A stretch of 64,000 bases of DNA from Oscillospiraceae bacterium (GCA_035353335.1 DAOPZJ010000002.1:4703-68702); one strand, 5' to 3'. Positions 7,585-16,274 are shown, counted from the stretch's first letter. Notes: generated by a model not told the origin, from the letters alone. Translations and numbers: made by a program.

Positions 7585-7754
7585 TCCACCACCCGCGGTG
7601 GAATAGAAAAAGCAACCTGCGGTTGTCTTGCCTTCCGCCGTGCCAAGAACGGCACGGTGTTAAAGGGAATGGGGGCAAGGAATTCACATTGTGAATTCCC
7701 CGGACGAATTACTCTGTAATTCGTCTATCGTCTGTAACAGTGGTGGGATTCATT
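7585..7754. repeat. Cluster of five tandem hairpins (REP/BIME-like intergenic element)
   Basis: Hairpins: TCCACC/GGTGGA 7585-7602; CAACC/GGTTG 7613-7625; CCGTGCC/GGCACGG 7638-7657; GGAATTCAC/GTGAATTCC 7679-7699; GACGAATTAC/GTAATTCGTC 7703-7725. The tail GTGGTGGGATTCATT (7740-7754) and GTTAAAGGGA (7659-7668) recur at 63519-63579. Confidence 0.55.
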
Positions 7755-7755
7755 C

Positions 7756-8796
7756 TTATTTGCCTTTTTTTGCGACAATGATATCTCTTAAAATGGCTTG
7801 ATCCACCCGATGCTCTAACTGCGCATACGGGCCGTCGTTTAAAACAGTCAACCCTTTCCTTTCAAAAAGCTCCGCCATCTTTTCACGCGCAAGCACATTG
7901 CTGTTCCATGAAAGAACCATGCAGCCGCCCGGACGCAGCACTTCCACCCACCCCGGCAGACAAACCTTTAACAGTTCGGCGGGGCTGCGGGTCATCGCGG
8001 ACTGCTTTTCGTCGGTCACATTGGTATGCTGAACCCCGTAGGGCAGGTCGCCGACAATCATATGAAAGAAGTTCTTTTTATAGTATTGCGCCGCAAACTG
8101 CGCGTTCCCCGCAATCAATTCCGCAGTTTTAATCTTGCCTTCTTTTTGCTCCTGTCGGTTTCGCGCAATCTCAAAGGTGCTGCGCAGCGCGGTAAACGAC
8201 TTGTTCGAACCCGAAATTCGCACCGTTTTATATTCGAACTTATATTTCGCGGTCTCTAAAAACTTCTGTAGAAACCGCACCGCTTCCAAGGTGACTTTTT
8301 CACCGATTTCGATGCCGTACACATCATAACCCTTGATAAGTCCCTCGAACAGCGTTGTGCCTTTCCCGGCCAGCGGATCAAGCAATTTCAGAGGCTCGTC
8401 GCAGGGTTGAGAATATCGCGCGATGTTGATCATCATCCGTGTAAAAATTTCGTTGGTCTTCCCCGTGTATTTCAGCATCGCGCTGATGCCCTCTTCGACA
8501 AAGTGCTCGTCGGAGCGCAAAATCGGACGCAGCCGCAGCCCGCCGTCTTCACCCTCCAGCGCAAACAGCGCATAGACGAATGACAATCCCGAGACGATTT
8601 TGATATCATCTTCCGACAACTCCCCCGCCGTCTCAAACACGAGGTATTCGTTCCCGCCGATATTTTTATTCTGAGGTCCGCAACACTTCGAGGAAAGCCG
8701 TTTTGCCGCAATATCAAACTCCGACAGCGCCAGTTTTAAAGCCGTCTCAAAATAGACCCGGTTATGCCCCGGATGATATAAAATCGCATATCTCAT
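7756..8796 (-). CDS. SAM-dependent methyltransferase, DPPY-type (UPF0020/Trm11/RlmL-like; putative RNA m2G or N6-A methylase)
   Basis: 346 aa. Motif I-like LLDPLAGKGTTLFEG and motif IV-like MIVGDLPYG. The N-terminal ~120 aa could be a THUMP-like module (weak). The start overlaps the upstream stop (ATGA). Confidence 0.75.
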   Translation of the reverse strand: MRYAILYHPGHNRVYFETALKLALSEFDIAAKRLSSKCCGPQNKNIGGNEYLVFETAGELSEDDIKIVSGLSFVYALFALEGEDGGLRLRPILRSDEHFVEEGISAMLKYTGKTNEIFTRMMINIARYSQPCDEPLKLLDPLAGKGTTLFEGLIKGYDVYGIEIGEKVTLEAVRFLQKFLETAKYKFEYKTVRISGSNKSFTALRSTFEIARNRQEQKEGKIKTAELIAGNAQFAAQYYKKNFFHMIVGDLPYGVQHTNVTDEKQSAMTRSPAELLKVCLPGWVEVLRPGGCMVLSWNSNVLAREKMAELFERKGLTVLNDGPYAQLEHRVDQAILRDIIVAKKGK

Positions 8797-9386
8797 AACG
8801 CTTTTCTCCCTGCTTCTTTTTCCGCTTTCGGCTCCGGTTTGCGCAGCTTCAGCGTCACTCCGCGTTTACTCGCAATTTTTTCGAATAATCCGACCGCCGC
8901 CGCAGCTTTTTCTTTTGGCGTATCGGATTGACCGTGAGCAGTAAACTGTTGTATCACCAATTCGATATCTTCCAACTCCATCAGATTAACTGCCAGACAA
9001 TAATAACTCTTTCTTTTACCGTCGTCGAAATGGTTAAGTAATTTATTTAACAGTGTGACTTTACGATTCAGTTCAACCCGATAAGCCTCGAAACCGATCT
9101 CTTTGATCTTTTCGAAATTCTTCATCTGGTTTTGATGGGTGATAAAGGAATCGTATTGTTCGGCCCCGTCATATCGTGCACAGGGGTATTCTGCGCACAG
9201 TCCGCAATATTCGACTTCATGGCGGCGGCAGCACGATAAAAAGCCGCACGAAGGGTGCTTCTGCGAAAACCCTTCGGCACCGCAGCCCGGGCACCGGGAA
9301 GGACCGTCGGTAAAAAAACGCGGACACAAGCCGCAGTTCAGTCCGCAGGCAGAAAACAGCGGGTACTCTCTTGCGCAGATTCCCAT
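8793..9386 (-). CDS. Cys-rich DUF3795-like protein
   Basis: 197 aa. N-terminal CGLNCGLCPRF...CPGC...CGFLSCC...YCGLCAEYPC pattern, which I recognise as DUF3795-type. Translationally coupled to the methyltransferase. Confidence 0.7.
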   Translation of the reverse strand: MGICAREYPLFSACGLNCGLCPRFFTDGPSRCPGCGAEGFSQKHPSCGFLSCCRRHEVEYCGLCAEYPCARYDGAEQYDSFITHQNQMKNFEKIKEIGFEAYRVELNRKVTLLNKLLNHFDDGKRKSYYCLAVNLMELEDIELVIQQFTAHGQSDTPKEKAAAAVGLFEKIASKRGVTLKLRKPEPKAEKEAGRKAL

Positions 9387-9414
9387 AAAATCCCCCCGAA
9401 TTCATTCTGAACCG

Positions 9415-9443
9415 ATTATATCATGATTTGCATTGAAAAAACA
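9415..9443 (-). promoter_or_regulatory. Putative sigma-A promoter for the DUF3795-methyltransferase operon (extended -10)
   Basis: Minus strand reads TGATATAAT (extended -10, TATAAT = 9420-9415). The -35 is poor (TGTTTT). Confidence 0.35.
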
Positions 9444-9468
9444 AAACTCCCGCAGCATTTTCGCTGCG
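9436..9468 (-). terminator. Terminator of the upstream XRE gene
   Basis: CGCAGC/GCTGCG stem (9451-9468). On the minus strand it is followed by GGAGTTTTGTTTTTT. Confidence 0.55.
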
Positions 9469-9491
9469 AAGGTTCTGTCTTTCTTTGTTTA

Positions 9492-10256
9492 TTATGCGGT
9501 GAGCAGCCGCAATACCGTCGGGATATGCATATACCTGCCCTCGATGCGATATCCCTCGCTCCCGTCTTTTGCGGTTCCGATTTGGGTCGGCAGTTCTCCG
9601 AGCGCATGTTCCACGTCTTCGACCGGCAATTTGCAAGCCTCGGCAAGTTCTTTTACAGTGATGTATACGCTGTAATCCTTCGCTGTCAGTTCGCAGAGCC
9701 CGAAAATCACCTTCAACGTGTCTTTGTTTTCAAACGTCTGCAAAAAGCTGTGGATATCCCGCAGCTCGGCAGCCGAAACGGGGCGCTCGATCTTGCCGTT
9801 CGCGATCAAGATGGTGTTGCCCTTCATCACCGAAACACCCTCGGGTTCGCTGCAGGCCGAAAATCCCCACTGCCCGAGCCCGTTCTCAGCGATCCGATCC
9901 CGGCTTGTGTCCCACGGCACAAAGCCCTTGTAGCCCCTCGAAACCGCGCCCTCATGCAATATAAATCCCAGCTTGAACGCCAGCGCAAAACTCTCCTCGG
10001 CGGGCGACTCCTGAAACAAGGCCTTGATTTTCAAATACACATCCCCGAGTGAGTCGGCGGGTTTATATCCAAGCAGCGCATCGGTGGTCACGCCGAAGTA
10101 GGCGGCAATCTCCGGCAGCAACGCGATATCGGGGCAGCAAGCGCCGTTCTCCCACTTCGAGACCGATTGGTTGGTCACTCCGAGCGCCTGCGCCAGTTCC
10201 TCCTGCGTGATATTTTTTTGCTTACGCAAAAACGCAATCTGTTCGTTGATTTTAAT
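9492..10256 (-). CDS. XRE-family HTH regulator with uncharacterised C-terminal domain
   Basis: HTH_3 core ITQEELAQALGVTNQSVSKWENGACCPDIALLPEIAAYFGVTTDALLG. The 307-aa ORF-track model has an implausible N-terminus. GGAGG at 10270-10274 suggests a start near in-frame ATT 10256 (non-canonical), so the start is uncertain. Confidence 0.7.
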   Translation of the reverse strand: MKINEQIAFLRKQKNITQEELAQALGVTNQSVSKWENGACCPDIALLPEIAAYFGVTTDALLGYKPADSLGDVYLKIKALFQESPAEESFALAFKLGFILHEGAVSRGYKGFVPWDTSRDRIAENGLGQWGFSACSEPEGVSVMKGNTILIANGKIERPVSAAELRDIHSFLQTFENKDTLKVIFGLCELTAKDYSVYITVKELAEACKLPVEDVEHALGELPTQIGTAKDGSEGYRIEGRYMHIPTVLRLLTA

Positions 10257-10502
10257 CGACGTGGTTATTCCTCCAAACAAGTTTGTTGGTAGGTCCCGGC
10301 GGCAAAAAGTATTTTGCCGCCTAAAGTTCGCAAGCGAACTATTTGTCTTGATTATAATGATAAATTCCTGTAAAAACAATGACGCGTTTTTTGGACTTCT
10401 TTGTACATTTCCCAACCGTGAGTTGGATTAGCCAAATACTTGCCCCCTTGAGCAATCCGGGTTATAATAAAATCAGACCACAAGCAAGGGACGGAAAAAC
10501 AT

Positions 10503-11264
10503 ATGAAATTTATCTCATGGAATGTCAACGGCCTGCGCGCCGTCATGAATAAGGGGTTTCCCGAATATTTCACCGCTGCCGACGCCGACATCTTCTGCGT
10601 CCAAGAGACCAAGATGCAGCGCGAGCAAGCCGATATCGAATTTGCGGGTTACACGTCCTATTGGAACAGCGCCGAGAAAAAAGGCTACTCCGGCACGGCG
10701 GTCTTCACCCGCCTTGAACCGCTCTCCGTCTCCTACGATTTCGGCACCGCCGAACATTCGGGCGAGGGCCGCGTGATCACGCTGGAATTCGAACAGTTTT
10801 ATTTCGTCACCGTATATGCACCCAACTCTCAAAACGAATTGGCGCGTCTGCCCTATCGGATGCTTTGGGAAGACGCATTCCGTGACTATCTGACCGCGCT
10901 CGACAAACAAAAGCCCGTGATTGTCTGCGGCGACCTGAATGTCGCGCATAAAGAGATCGACCTTAAAAATCCCAAGCCGAATATGGGCAGCGCGGGTTTC
11001 ACCAATGAAGAGCGTGAAAAATTAACTGTTCTTTTGCAGTCCGGTTTTGTCGATACTTTCCGCCTGCTTTATCCCAATAAACCCAATGCTTATACATGGT
11101 GGTCTTACATTTTCAAAGCGCGGGAGCGCAACACCGGCTGGCGCATTGACTATTTTCTTGTCTCGGAACGGCTCGCGAACTGCGTCCAAGACAGCATCAT
11201 CTATTCGGAAGTCATCGGCAGCGACCACTGCCCCGTCGGATTGATTTTAGAATTGCCATCTTAA
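10503..11264 (+). CDS. xth: Exodeoxyribonuclease III
   Basis: 253 aa. MKFISWNVNGLRA...FCVQETK...GYSGTAVF...CGDLNVAH...SDHCPV are canonical Xth/APE1-family motifs. Confidence 0.95.
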   Translation: MKFISWNVNGLRAVMNKGFPEYFTAADADIFCVQETKMQREQADIEFAGYTSYWNSAEKKGYSGTAVFTRLEPLSVSYDFGTAEHSGEGRVITLEFEQFYFVTVYAPNSQNELARLPYRMLWEDAFRDYLTALDKQKPVIVCGDLNVAHKEIDLKNPKPNMGSAGFTNEEREKLTVLLQSGFVDTFRLLYPNKPNAYTWWSYIFKARERNTGWRIDYFLVSERLANCVQDSIIYSEVIGSDHCPVGLILELPS

Positions 11265-11300
11265 GTAGGACGGATGAAATATTCTCCTCTGTGAAGAAGT

Positions 11301-11373
11301 GCCCGCCGCAGCGGGCAGGATGGTTCCCCCGTCCGCGCTTCTGAATTCTTAACTCTGAATTTTGAATTATAAG
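11301..11373. repeat. Intergenic composite element: GC hairpin plus degenerate heptamer tract
   Basis: GCCCGC-CGCA-GCGGGC hairpin (11301-11316), then CTGAATT CTTAACT CTGAATT TTGAATT (11341-11368). The tract closely resembles 57054-57086. Confidence 0.4.
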
Positions 11374-11401
11374 ATCTATCTCTTCGAAAGAAGGTCTAAT
11401 T

Positions 11402-12034
11402 ATGCCGACCTGCTACATCTTCGGCGCCGGTGAGCATTACGGCCCGCCGCCCGTTCCCGCTCCCGGCGATCTCGTCATTGCCGCGGACGGCGGCTTGATT
11501 TATCTTGAACAGCACGGCCTCGCCCCCGATCTCGTGGTCGGCGATTTCGATTCGCTGTCCGAAAAACCGGCTTCCGGCGTAAAAACCGTCGTCTTGCCTA
11601 AAAAAAAAGACGATACCGACATGGTCGCGGCTCTGAGGGAGGGCAAAAATAGCGGTTTTCGCGTGTTTCATATCTACGGCGGCACGGGTGGGCGTCTCGA
11701 CCATACCCTTGCCAACATCCAGTGCATCGCCGATCTGGCGCAACAGGGCTGCAAAGGGTACCTTTTCGATCGCGACGCGGTAATCACCGCCATCCATAAC
11801 GACAAACTCACTTTCCCGGCCACTGCGCAAGGGACGGTCTCGGCGTTTGCGCATACGGAAGTTTGCACCGGCGTCTATGAGCGCGGCCTCAAATACCCGC
11901 TCACAGACGCGACGCTATATAACACCTACCCCTTAGGAGTCAGCAACGAATTCACCGGCGTGCTCTCCGAAATCTCCGTCCGCGAAGGCACTTTGATTGT
12001 GATTTATCCGAAGGAAATAAAGCTATCATTCTGA
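11402..12034 (+). CDS. thiN: Thiamine diphosphokinase
   Basis: 210 aa. GDFDS and KKKDDTDM motifs and a C-terminal thiamine-binding-like domain typical of ThiN/TPK. Confidence 0.9.
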   Translation: MPTCYIFGAGEHYGPPPVPAPGDLVIAADGGLIYLEQHGLAPDLVVGDFDSLSEKPASGVKTVVLPKKKDDTDMVAALREGKNSGFRVFHIYGGTGGRLDHTLANIQCIADLAQQGCKGYLFDRDAVITAIHNDKLTFPATAQGTVSAFAHTEVCTGVYERGLKYPLTDATLYNTYPLGVSNEFTGVLSEISVREGTLIVIYPKEIKLSF

Positions 12035-12088
12035 GCATACGAAGAATCTCGGAATTATAACAGTTACGGGTAATAATAAAAACTATGT

Positions 12089-12122
12089 AGCGCGCCGGTT
12101 TTCACCGGCGCGCTTATTATTT
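12089..12122. terminator. Bidirectional terminator between thiN and the tyrS remnant
   Basis: AGCGCGCCGG / CCGGCGCGCT 10-bp stem with loop TTTTCA. An A-rich run sits upstream and TTATTATTT downstream. Confidence 0.75.
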
Positions 12123-12131
12123 GAGAACCTG

Positions 12132-12674
12132 TCAATCCTCTTTCTCAAACCTCACCCTTACAAACCGATTCTTCCCCCGGCTCAACACGGCGTCGCAGTT
12201 CACACGGCGGTCGATGTCCTCCACGACAACGCCGTTCAGTTTAATGCCTTTGCCCTCGATCAGCCGTTTGGCATCTGCGTTGGAAGCGGCGAATCCGGCC
12301 ATCCGCAGCAGCGAAATAACCGATATTTCGCTCTCCGTGACCGTCAGCATCTCCATCTGATCCGGATTTTTGCCGGAGGCGACCGACAAATACCGCTGTT
12401 CGGCGGCTTCGACCGCCGTCTCCCCGTGATACAGCCGGACAATCTCTCTCGCATACACAAAATGCGCCTGCCGGATATCCCTCTCGACCAACGGCGTAAA
12501 TACGCTTTCGGCAACATCGGTTGTCAGGCGGAAATAGTCCGCCAAAATCGTGTCCGGCACTTTCATGCACTTTTCAAATATAATCTCCGCCGGTTCGTCG
12601 ATGCCGATGTAGTTATCGAGCGACTTGCTCATCTTCTCTACGCCGTCGAGACCCGGCAGCAGCGGAAATAGGTC
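12132..12674 (-). pseudogene. tyrS: 5'-truncated tyrosyl-tRNA synthetase remnant (KMSKS loop to C-terminal S4 domain only)
   Basis: The frame reads (stop)DLFPLLPGLDGVEKMSKSLDNYIGI... and continues to an S4-like C-terminus (ADAKRLIEGKGIKLNGVVV). The whole Rossmann-fold N-terminal half, including the HIGH region, is absent. An in-frame TGA lies at 12677-12675. Confidence 0.8.
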
Positions 12675-13513
12675 TCAAATTCATTCGCTTTCAGGTGCGT
12701 AAACCCCGTTTGTGGAAACCATACACCGTAGATATAACCCCATGTCTGGTAAATTGTTTTGACAAACGTTTCGGTGGTTGCGGGCGGGGTGTTGAACACC
12801 GCATATTGCGCCGATAGAATCGTCAGCTTGGTGCATTCGGGATTTACACCGTCAAAGTTGTCGACTTCAATGCCGATCAAATAAGAAATATCTCTTGTTT
12901 TTTCGTCATAGTCGAATAGCATCCCGATGTCCCACCGCGTCGCCGGGTCGGTCGGTTTTCCGATCTGCTCAAAAAGCCGCTCAGCATGATACCGGTTCCA
13001 GTGGCAGGGCGCGTCTTTTCCGTTCGCGCCCTTTCGGAAAGTCGTGCGGCAGGCAAATCCCGCGACCTTGAAAGCGGGTTTGACGGTAAAGCGCACAGCA
13101 GGCCCCGGAATTTCAAACCGCCGTTCACCCAATTTTACGGGGTGAAACAGATTCAAACTGCTTTGAGTCTGCCGAAACAGCGATGGTGTCACGCCGAATT
13201 GCGCCCGAAACGCCCGCACAAAATTTTCATGGGAGTTGAACCCCCAGTTAAACCCGACGTCCTTGATGTAGTCCCTGCCCGAGGCGATGGCGACGGCGGC
13301 CTCGGACAGACGCCGCCTGCGCAGATACTCCATCGGCCCGCAACCGACCGCCTGTTGAAACATCCGGCAAAAGTGATAGACCGAATAGCCCGAACGCGCG
13401 GCAAGCTCGTCTACGGTGATCTCGCCGGTCAGGTTTTCCTCACAAAAGTCGATCGCCTTTTGAATGATCTCGGTACCGTTCATGTCATCACCGCCGATCT
13501 GATCATACAACAT
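12638..13513 (-). CDS. AraC-family transcriptional regulator with GyrI-like effector domain (3' end replaced)
   Basis: N-terminal AraC HTH (YSVYHFCRMFQQAVGCGPMEYLRRRRL...VGFNWGFNSHENFVRAFRAQFGVTPSLFR) and a C-terminal GyrI-like domain. The last 8 codons (RCCRVSTA) are read from tyrS-derived sequence in another frame. Confidence 0.85.
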   Translation of the reverse strand: MLYDQIGGDDMNGTEIIQKAIDFCEENLTGEITVDELAARSGYSVYHFCRMFQQAVGCGPMEYLRRRRLSEAAVAIASGRDYIKDVGFNWGFNSHENFVRAFRAQFGVTPSLFRQTQSSLNLFHPVKLGERRFEIPGPAVRFTVKPAFKVAGFACRTTFRKGANGKDAPCHWNRYHAERLFEQIGKPTDPATRWDIGMLFDYDEKTRDISYLIGIEVDNFDGVNPECTKLTILSAQYAVFNTPPATTETFVKTIYQTWGYIYGVWFPQTGFTHLKANEFETYFRCCRVSTA

Positions 13514-13546
13514 CTTCCATAACGTTGCTTGATAATTTTTGCTCGA

Positions 13547-13575
13547 TTGAAAATTAAAGCGGATTATGTTATGCT
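13547..13575 (+). promoter_or_regulatory. Putative sigma-A promoter for the DUF2284 gene
   Basis: TTGAAA (13547-13552), 17-nt spacer, TATGCT (13570-13575). Confidence 0.35.
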
Positions 13576-13617
13576 GAAATCGGTTTTCATCCGTGATAAT
13601 TAGTTAGAGGATTTTAT

Positions 13618-14151
13618 ATGAATATTGATAAAGATCAAATAATCGCCCTCGGGATCAGCCAACATGGTATGATTTCAACCGCGAAAATCCCATTTTCGCC
13701 GGAAGTGCGCAAACTTTGCGAGGACAACGCCTGCCGCAGCTACGGCACGACTTGGGCTTGTCCGCCCGCCGTCGGCAAGATGGAAGAATGCCGAGTAAAA
13801 TGTTTGTCCTATGCCCATGCCTTGGTTTTCAATCAGATTTTCCCTCTCGAGGACTCATTTGATTTTGAGGGGATGCGCGCCGGACACGCGGCTTTTAAAC
13901 AGACCTGCGACAAGATTTATGAACTCGTTAAACAAGAAATAAACGACTTTTTATTGCTTTCGAATGAAAGCTGTAATCGTTGCGAAAAATGTACTTATCC
14001 CGACAGCCCCTGCCGTTTCCCCGACAAGCTGTTTCCCTCAGTTGAGGGCTTCGGCATCTTGGTCGCGGGACTCGCCGAAACTGCAAAAATAAACTATATC
14101 AACGGCGCAAACACCGTCACCTATTTCGGAATGTTATTATATAACGATTAA
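13618..14151 (+). CDS. DUF2284-like predicted metal-binding protein
   Basis: 177 aa. Cys pattern LCEDNACRSYGTTWACPP ... CNRCEKCTYPDSPCRFP recognised as DUF2284-type. RBS AGAGGA upstream. Confidence 0.7.
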   Translation: MNIDKDQIIALGISQHGMISTAKIPFSPEVRKLCEDNACRSYGTTWACPPAVGKMEECRVKCLSYAHALVFNQIFPLEDSFDFEGMRAGHAAFKQTCDKIYELVKQEINDFLLLSNESCNRCEKCTYPDSPCRFPDKLFPSVEGFGILVAGLAETAKINYINGANTVTYFGMLLYND

Positions 14152-14156
14152 ATGAT

Positions 14157-15041
14157 TCATTTTCTGTAGTCCCTTCTAATAAACGGTTCTTTTATCTCCT
14201 CCGAGACCAGCAGGCGGTATTTGTCCGGGTGCCGGTAGGTGTTGCCGTGAATTTCGCGCCGCCTGTAATCGCGAATTTTATCCATCGGGAACGCCGCAAG
14301 ATAAATCCCCTCTGCCTCGCCCGCCTCGACGATCAGCATATCCCTAGATTCGACCGTTCCGGGACGGATTTCCCCATAGGCAACCCCGTCGAAAGCCGAA
14401 GAATGCCCGTTGCAATCGGGTTGACCGTAAGCATAGTTCGCCGTTGCAATCCCGAGCATGTTCTCAAAAGCCCTCGTCCGGAGCTGAGCAAGCCGGTTGA
14501 TTTCCATCGGACAGGCGTTCGGCACCAAGATAACCTCCGCGCCCTTGAGCATTAAAATCCTTGCGCTCTCGGGAAATTCCCGATCATAGCAGATCATAGC
14601 CCCGATCTTCACGCTGCCTTCTTCGATATCCAACTCCGACACCCCAAAGTCCTCACCCGGCGTCAGATTTCGCTCGGCATCGAAATCGCAGGTGTGCACT
14701 TTCGAATAATCCAATACCCGCCTGCCGAAACGATCAAACACCGTCAGCGTGTTTCTCGGTAGCGGCTCGTATTGTTCAAGGTATGTAATCCCGATTGCCA
14801 TCATCAATTCGTTTGCCAATTCGGCAAAAGTACTGACAAAATCACTATTTCTTCCAACGGCGCTCTTTTTGAATTCTTCGATATCGGACGGAAACACATA
14901 CCCATTATTCCACATCTCGGGAAACAGCGCCAGATCAGCCCCCATTGCCTTAGCCGTTCTGCACCAAGCAATCCCCTTTTCGAGATTTTCATCCTGCGTC
15001 TTCGCCGAAATCATTTGTAACAAAGCCACTTTGAACATCAA
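14157..15041 (-). CDS. Carbon-nitrogen hydrolase (nitrilase superfamily) protein
   Basis: 294 aa. Starts MFKVALLQM. Glu (FPEMW), Lys (YSKVH) and Cys (ICYDREFPE) triad context typical of CN hydrolases. Confidence 0.85.
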   Translation of the reverse strand: MMFKVALLQMISAKTQDENLEKGIAWCRTAKAMGADLALFPEMWNNGYVFPSDIEEFKKSAVGRNSDFVSTFAELANELMMAIGITYLEQYEPLPRNTLTVFDRFGRRVLDYSKVHTCDFDAERNLTPGEDFGVSELDIEEGSVKIGAMICYDREFPESARILMLKGAEVILVPNACPMEINRLAQLRTRAFENMLGIATANYAYGQPDCNGHSSAFDGVAYGEIRPGTVESRDMLIVEAGEAEGIYLAAFPMDKIRDYRRREIHGNTYRHPDKYRLLVSEEIKEPFIRRDYRK

Positions 15042-15160
15042 TCTATCTTTTTGCCTCTCATTTCCCTGAAATATTTGTTAGATTATACCATACCAAACGC
15101 CAAAATAAAATAGGCCTAAGCTTTTATGCTAAGCTCTTTTCCGCATACGAAACTAAAACC

Positions 15161-16273
15161 TTAATTCTCTTGTTCGACAGCCTTTACTCTTTTGTTCTTA
15201 TGAACTTTCGTTTTAATTTCCGCAATGACCCAAGTCACAAGGGGAAAGAGCACCTGAACCGGGAGAAAAATCCATCTGTAGACGTCGAACCATTCGTTCA
15301 GCTGCATGGCGTTTTTAAAAACGTTGATCGAAAGCATCAGCATCAACAGTCCGATTGGGGCAGCAAGCTGTCTTTCGGAATTGAGATTTAAAAGCTTCGC
15401 GGTCCCTCTCACGGCTCCCGCCAAGCACACCGCAATCTTGGCAATTCCGCAGATGATCAGATTTATGATGACGATTATTTCAATTCGCTCTAAATAGGAG
15501 GTCAATTGAATAATGCTGACGGCGCTGATTGATGCGCTGGTCAGAAGTTGAATGTTTTCCATGCCGAGAACCAGGATATTTCTCAACGTCGCAACCGCAA
15601 TTAAGAATGCCCCCAATATCAAGCCGATATAAAAAACTTTCAGCGTTTTTTTACGGAAATTCAGGGAATCAATCACCAAAAGGAACACGACGCTCTCTCC
15701 GAACGGCAGTGAATAATTATTAAACGCATTATCCGCTATTAAAAATGCGTCACTCTGCAAAACAGGTTTTAAGTTTTGAAAATCAAACAGATAAGCCGAA
15801 ACGACTACTGTCAGTGAGAAAATTGCAATAATGACCGGAAGCGCGAACAAACACCAGCGCCCGAAGGTCTCGACCCCGTTTCTCGTGATATAAATACAGG
15901 TGAGAATGATACAAATCGCAAACGCATATTGCGGCGTTTCCGGCAAAGATGTTATCTGAATGACCTCCGTGAAATGCCGCGTCACAAAAGCGCCGAGAGA
16001 GAATGCGTAAAAGATATAAGTTGCGAAAATGATGCTTCCCGCGACTTTCCCGAACAGTTCCCTGTTGATGTCCAGCAGGTTTTTCCCCGGGTAGAGGATC
16101 ATAATACGGCTATATATGAAAAAGGTAAACAACGCAAAAACCGTTGCGGCAAGATAGGAGAGCCAAAAGTCCTGATTGTCTCTCGCATGGGTGGCGTGAA
16201 TCAAAGCGCTGCCCAATTCGAACATGACCAGCATCGCAATCGCCTGTTTCGCCGTGATCACTTCTTTTCCCAA
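15161..16273 (-). CDS. Spore germinant receptor B subunit (GerAB/GerKB-type permease)
   Basis: 370 aa with ~10 TM segments and a TTG start. Last gene of an A-C-small-B operon with coupled stops and starts. Confidence 0.85.
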   Translation of the reverse strand: MGKEVITAKQAIAMLVMFELGSALIHATHARDNQDFWLSYLAATVFALFTFFIYSRIMILYPGKNLLDINRELFGKVAGSIIFATYIFYAFSLGAFVTRHFTEVIQITSLPETPQYAFAICIILTCIYITRNGVETFGRWCLFALPVIIAIFSLTVVVSAYLFDFQNLKPVLQSDAFLIADNAFNNYSLPFGESVVFLLVIDSLNFRKKTLKVFYIGLILGAFLIAVATLRNILVLGMENIQLLTSASISAVSIIQLTSYLERIEIIVIINLIICGIAKIAVCLAGAVRGTAKLLNLNSERQLAAPIGLLMLMLSINVFKNAMQLNEWFDVYRWIFLPVQVLFPLVTWVIAEIKTKVHKNKRVKAVEQEN

Positions 16274-16274
16274 C

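Noticed and set aside
7571-7602. tRNA-like T-loop string GGTTCGAAATCC
   Set aside because: The flanking bases cannot form a T-stem or any other cloverleaf arm. It is part of the hairpin array instead.
9423-10052. 209-aa plus-strand ORF opposite the XRE regulator
   Set aside because: It is an antisense shadow ORF. The minus-strand frame contains a textbook HTH_3 motif.
11265-11401. TPP riboswitch upstream of thiN
   Set aside because: None of the conserved TPP-riboswitch blocks (CUGAGA, ACCUGAUCUGGAUAAUGCCAGCG-like) are present. ThiN is also not a usual TPP-riboswitch target.
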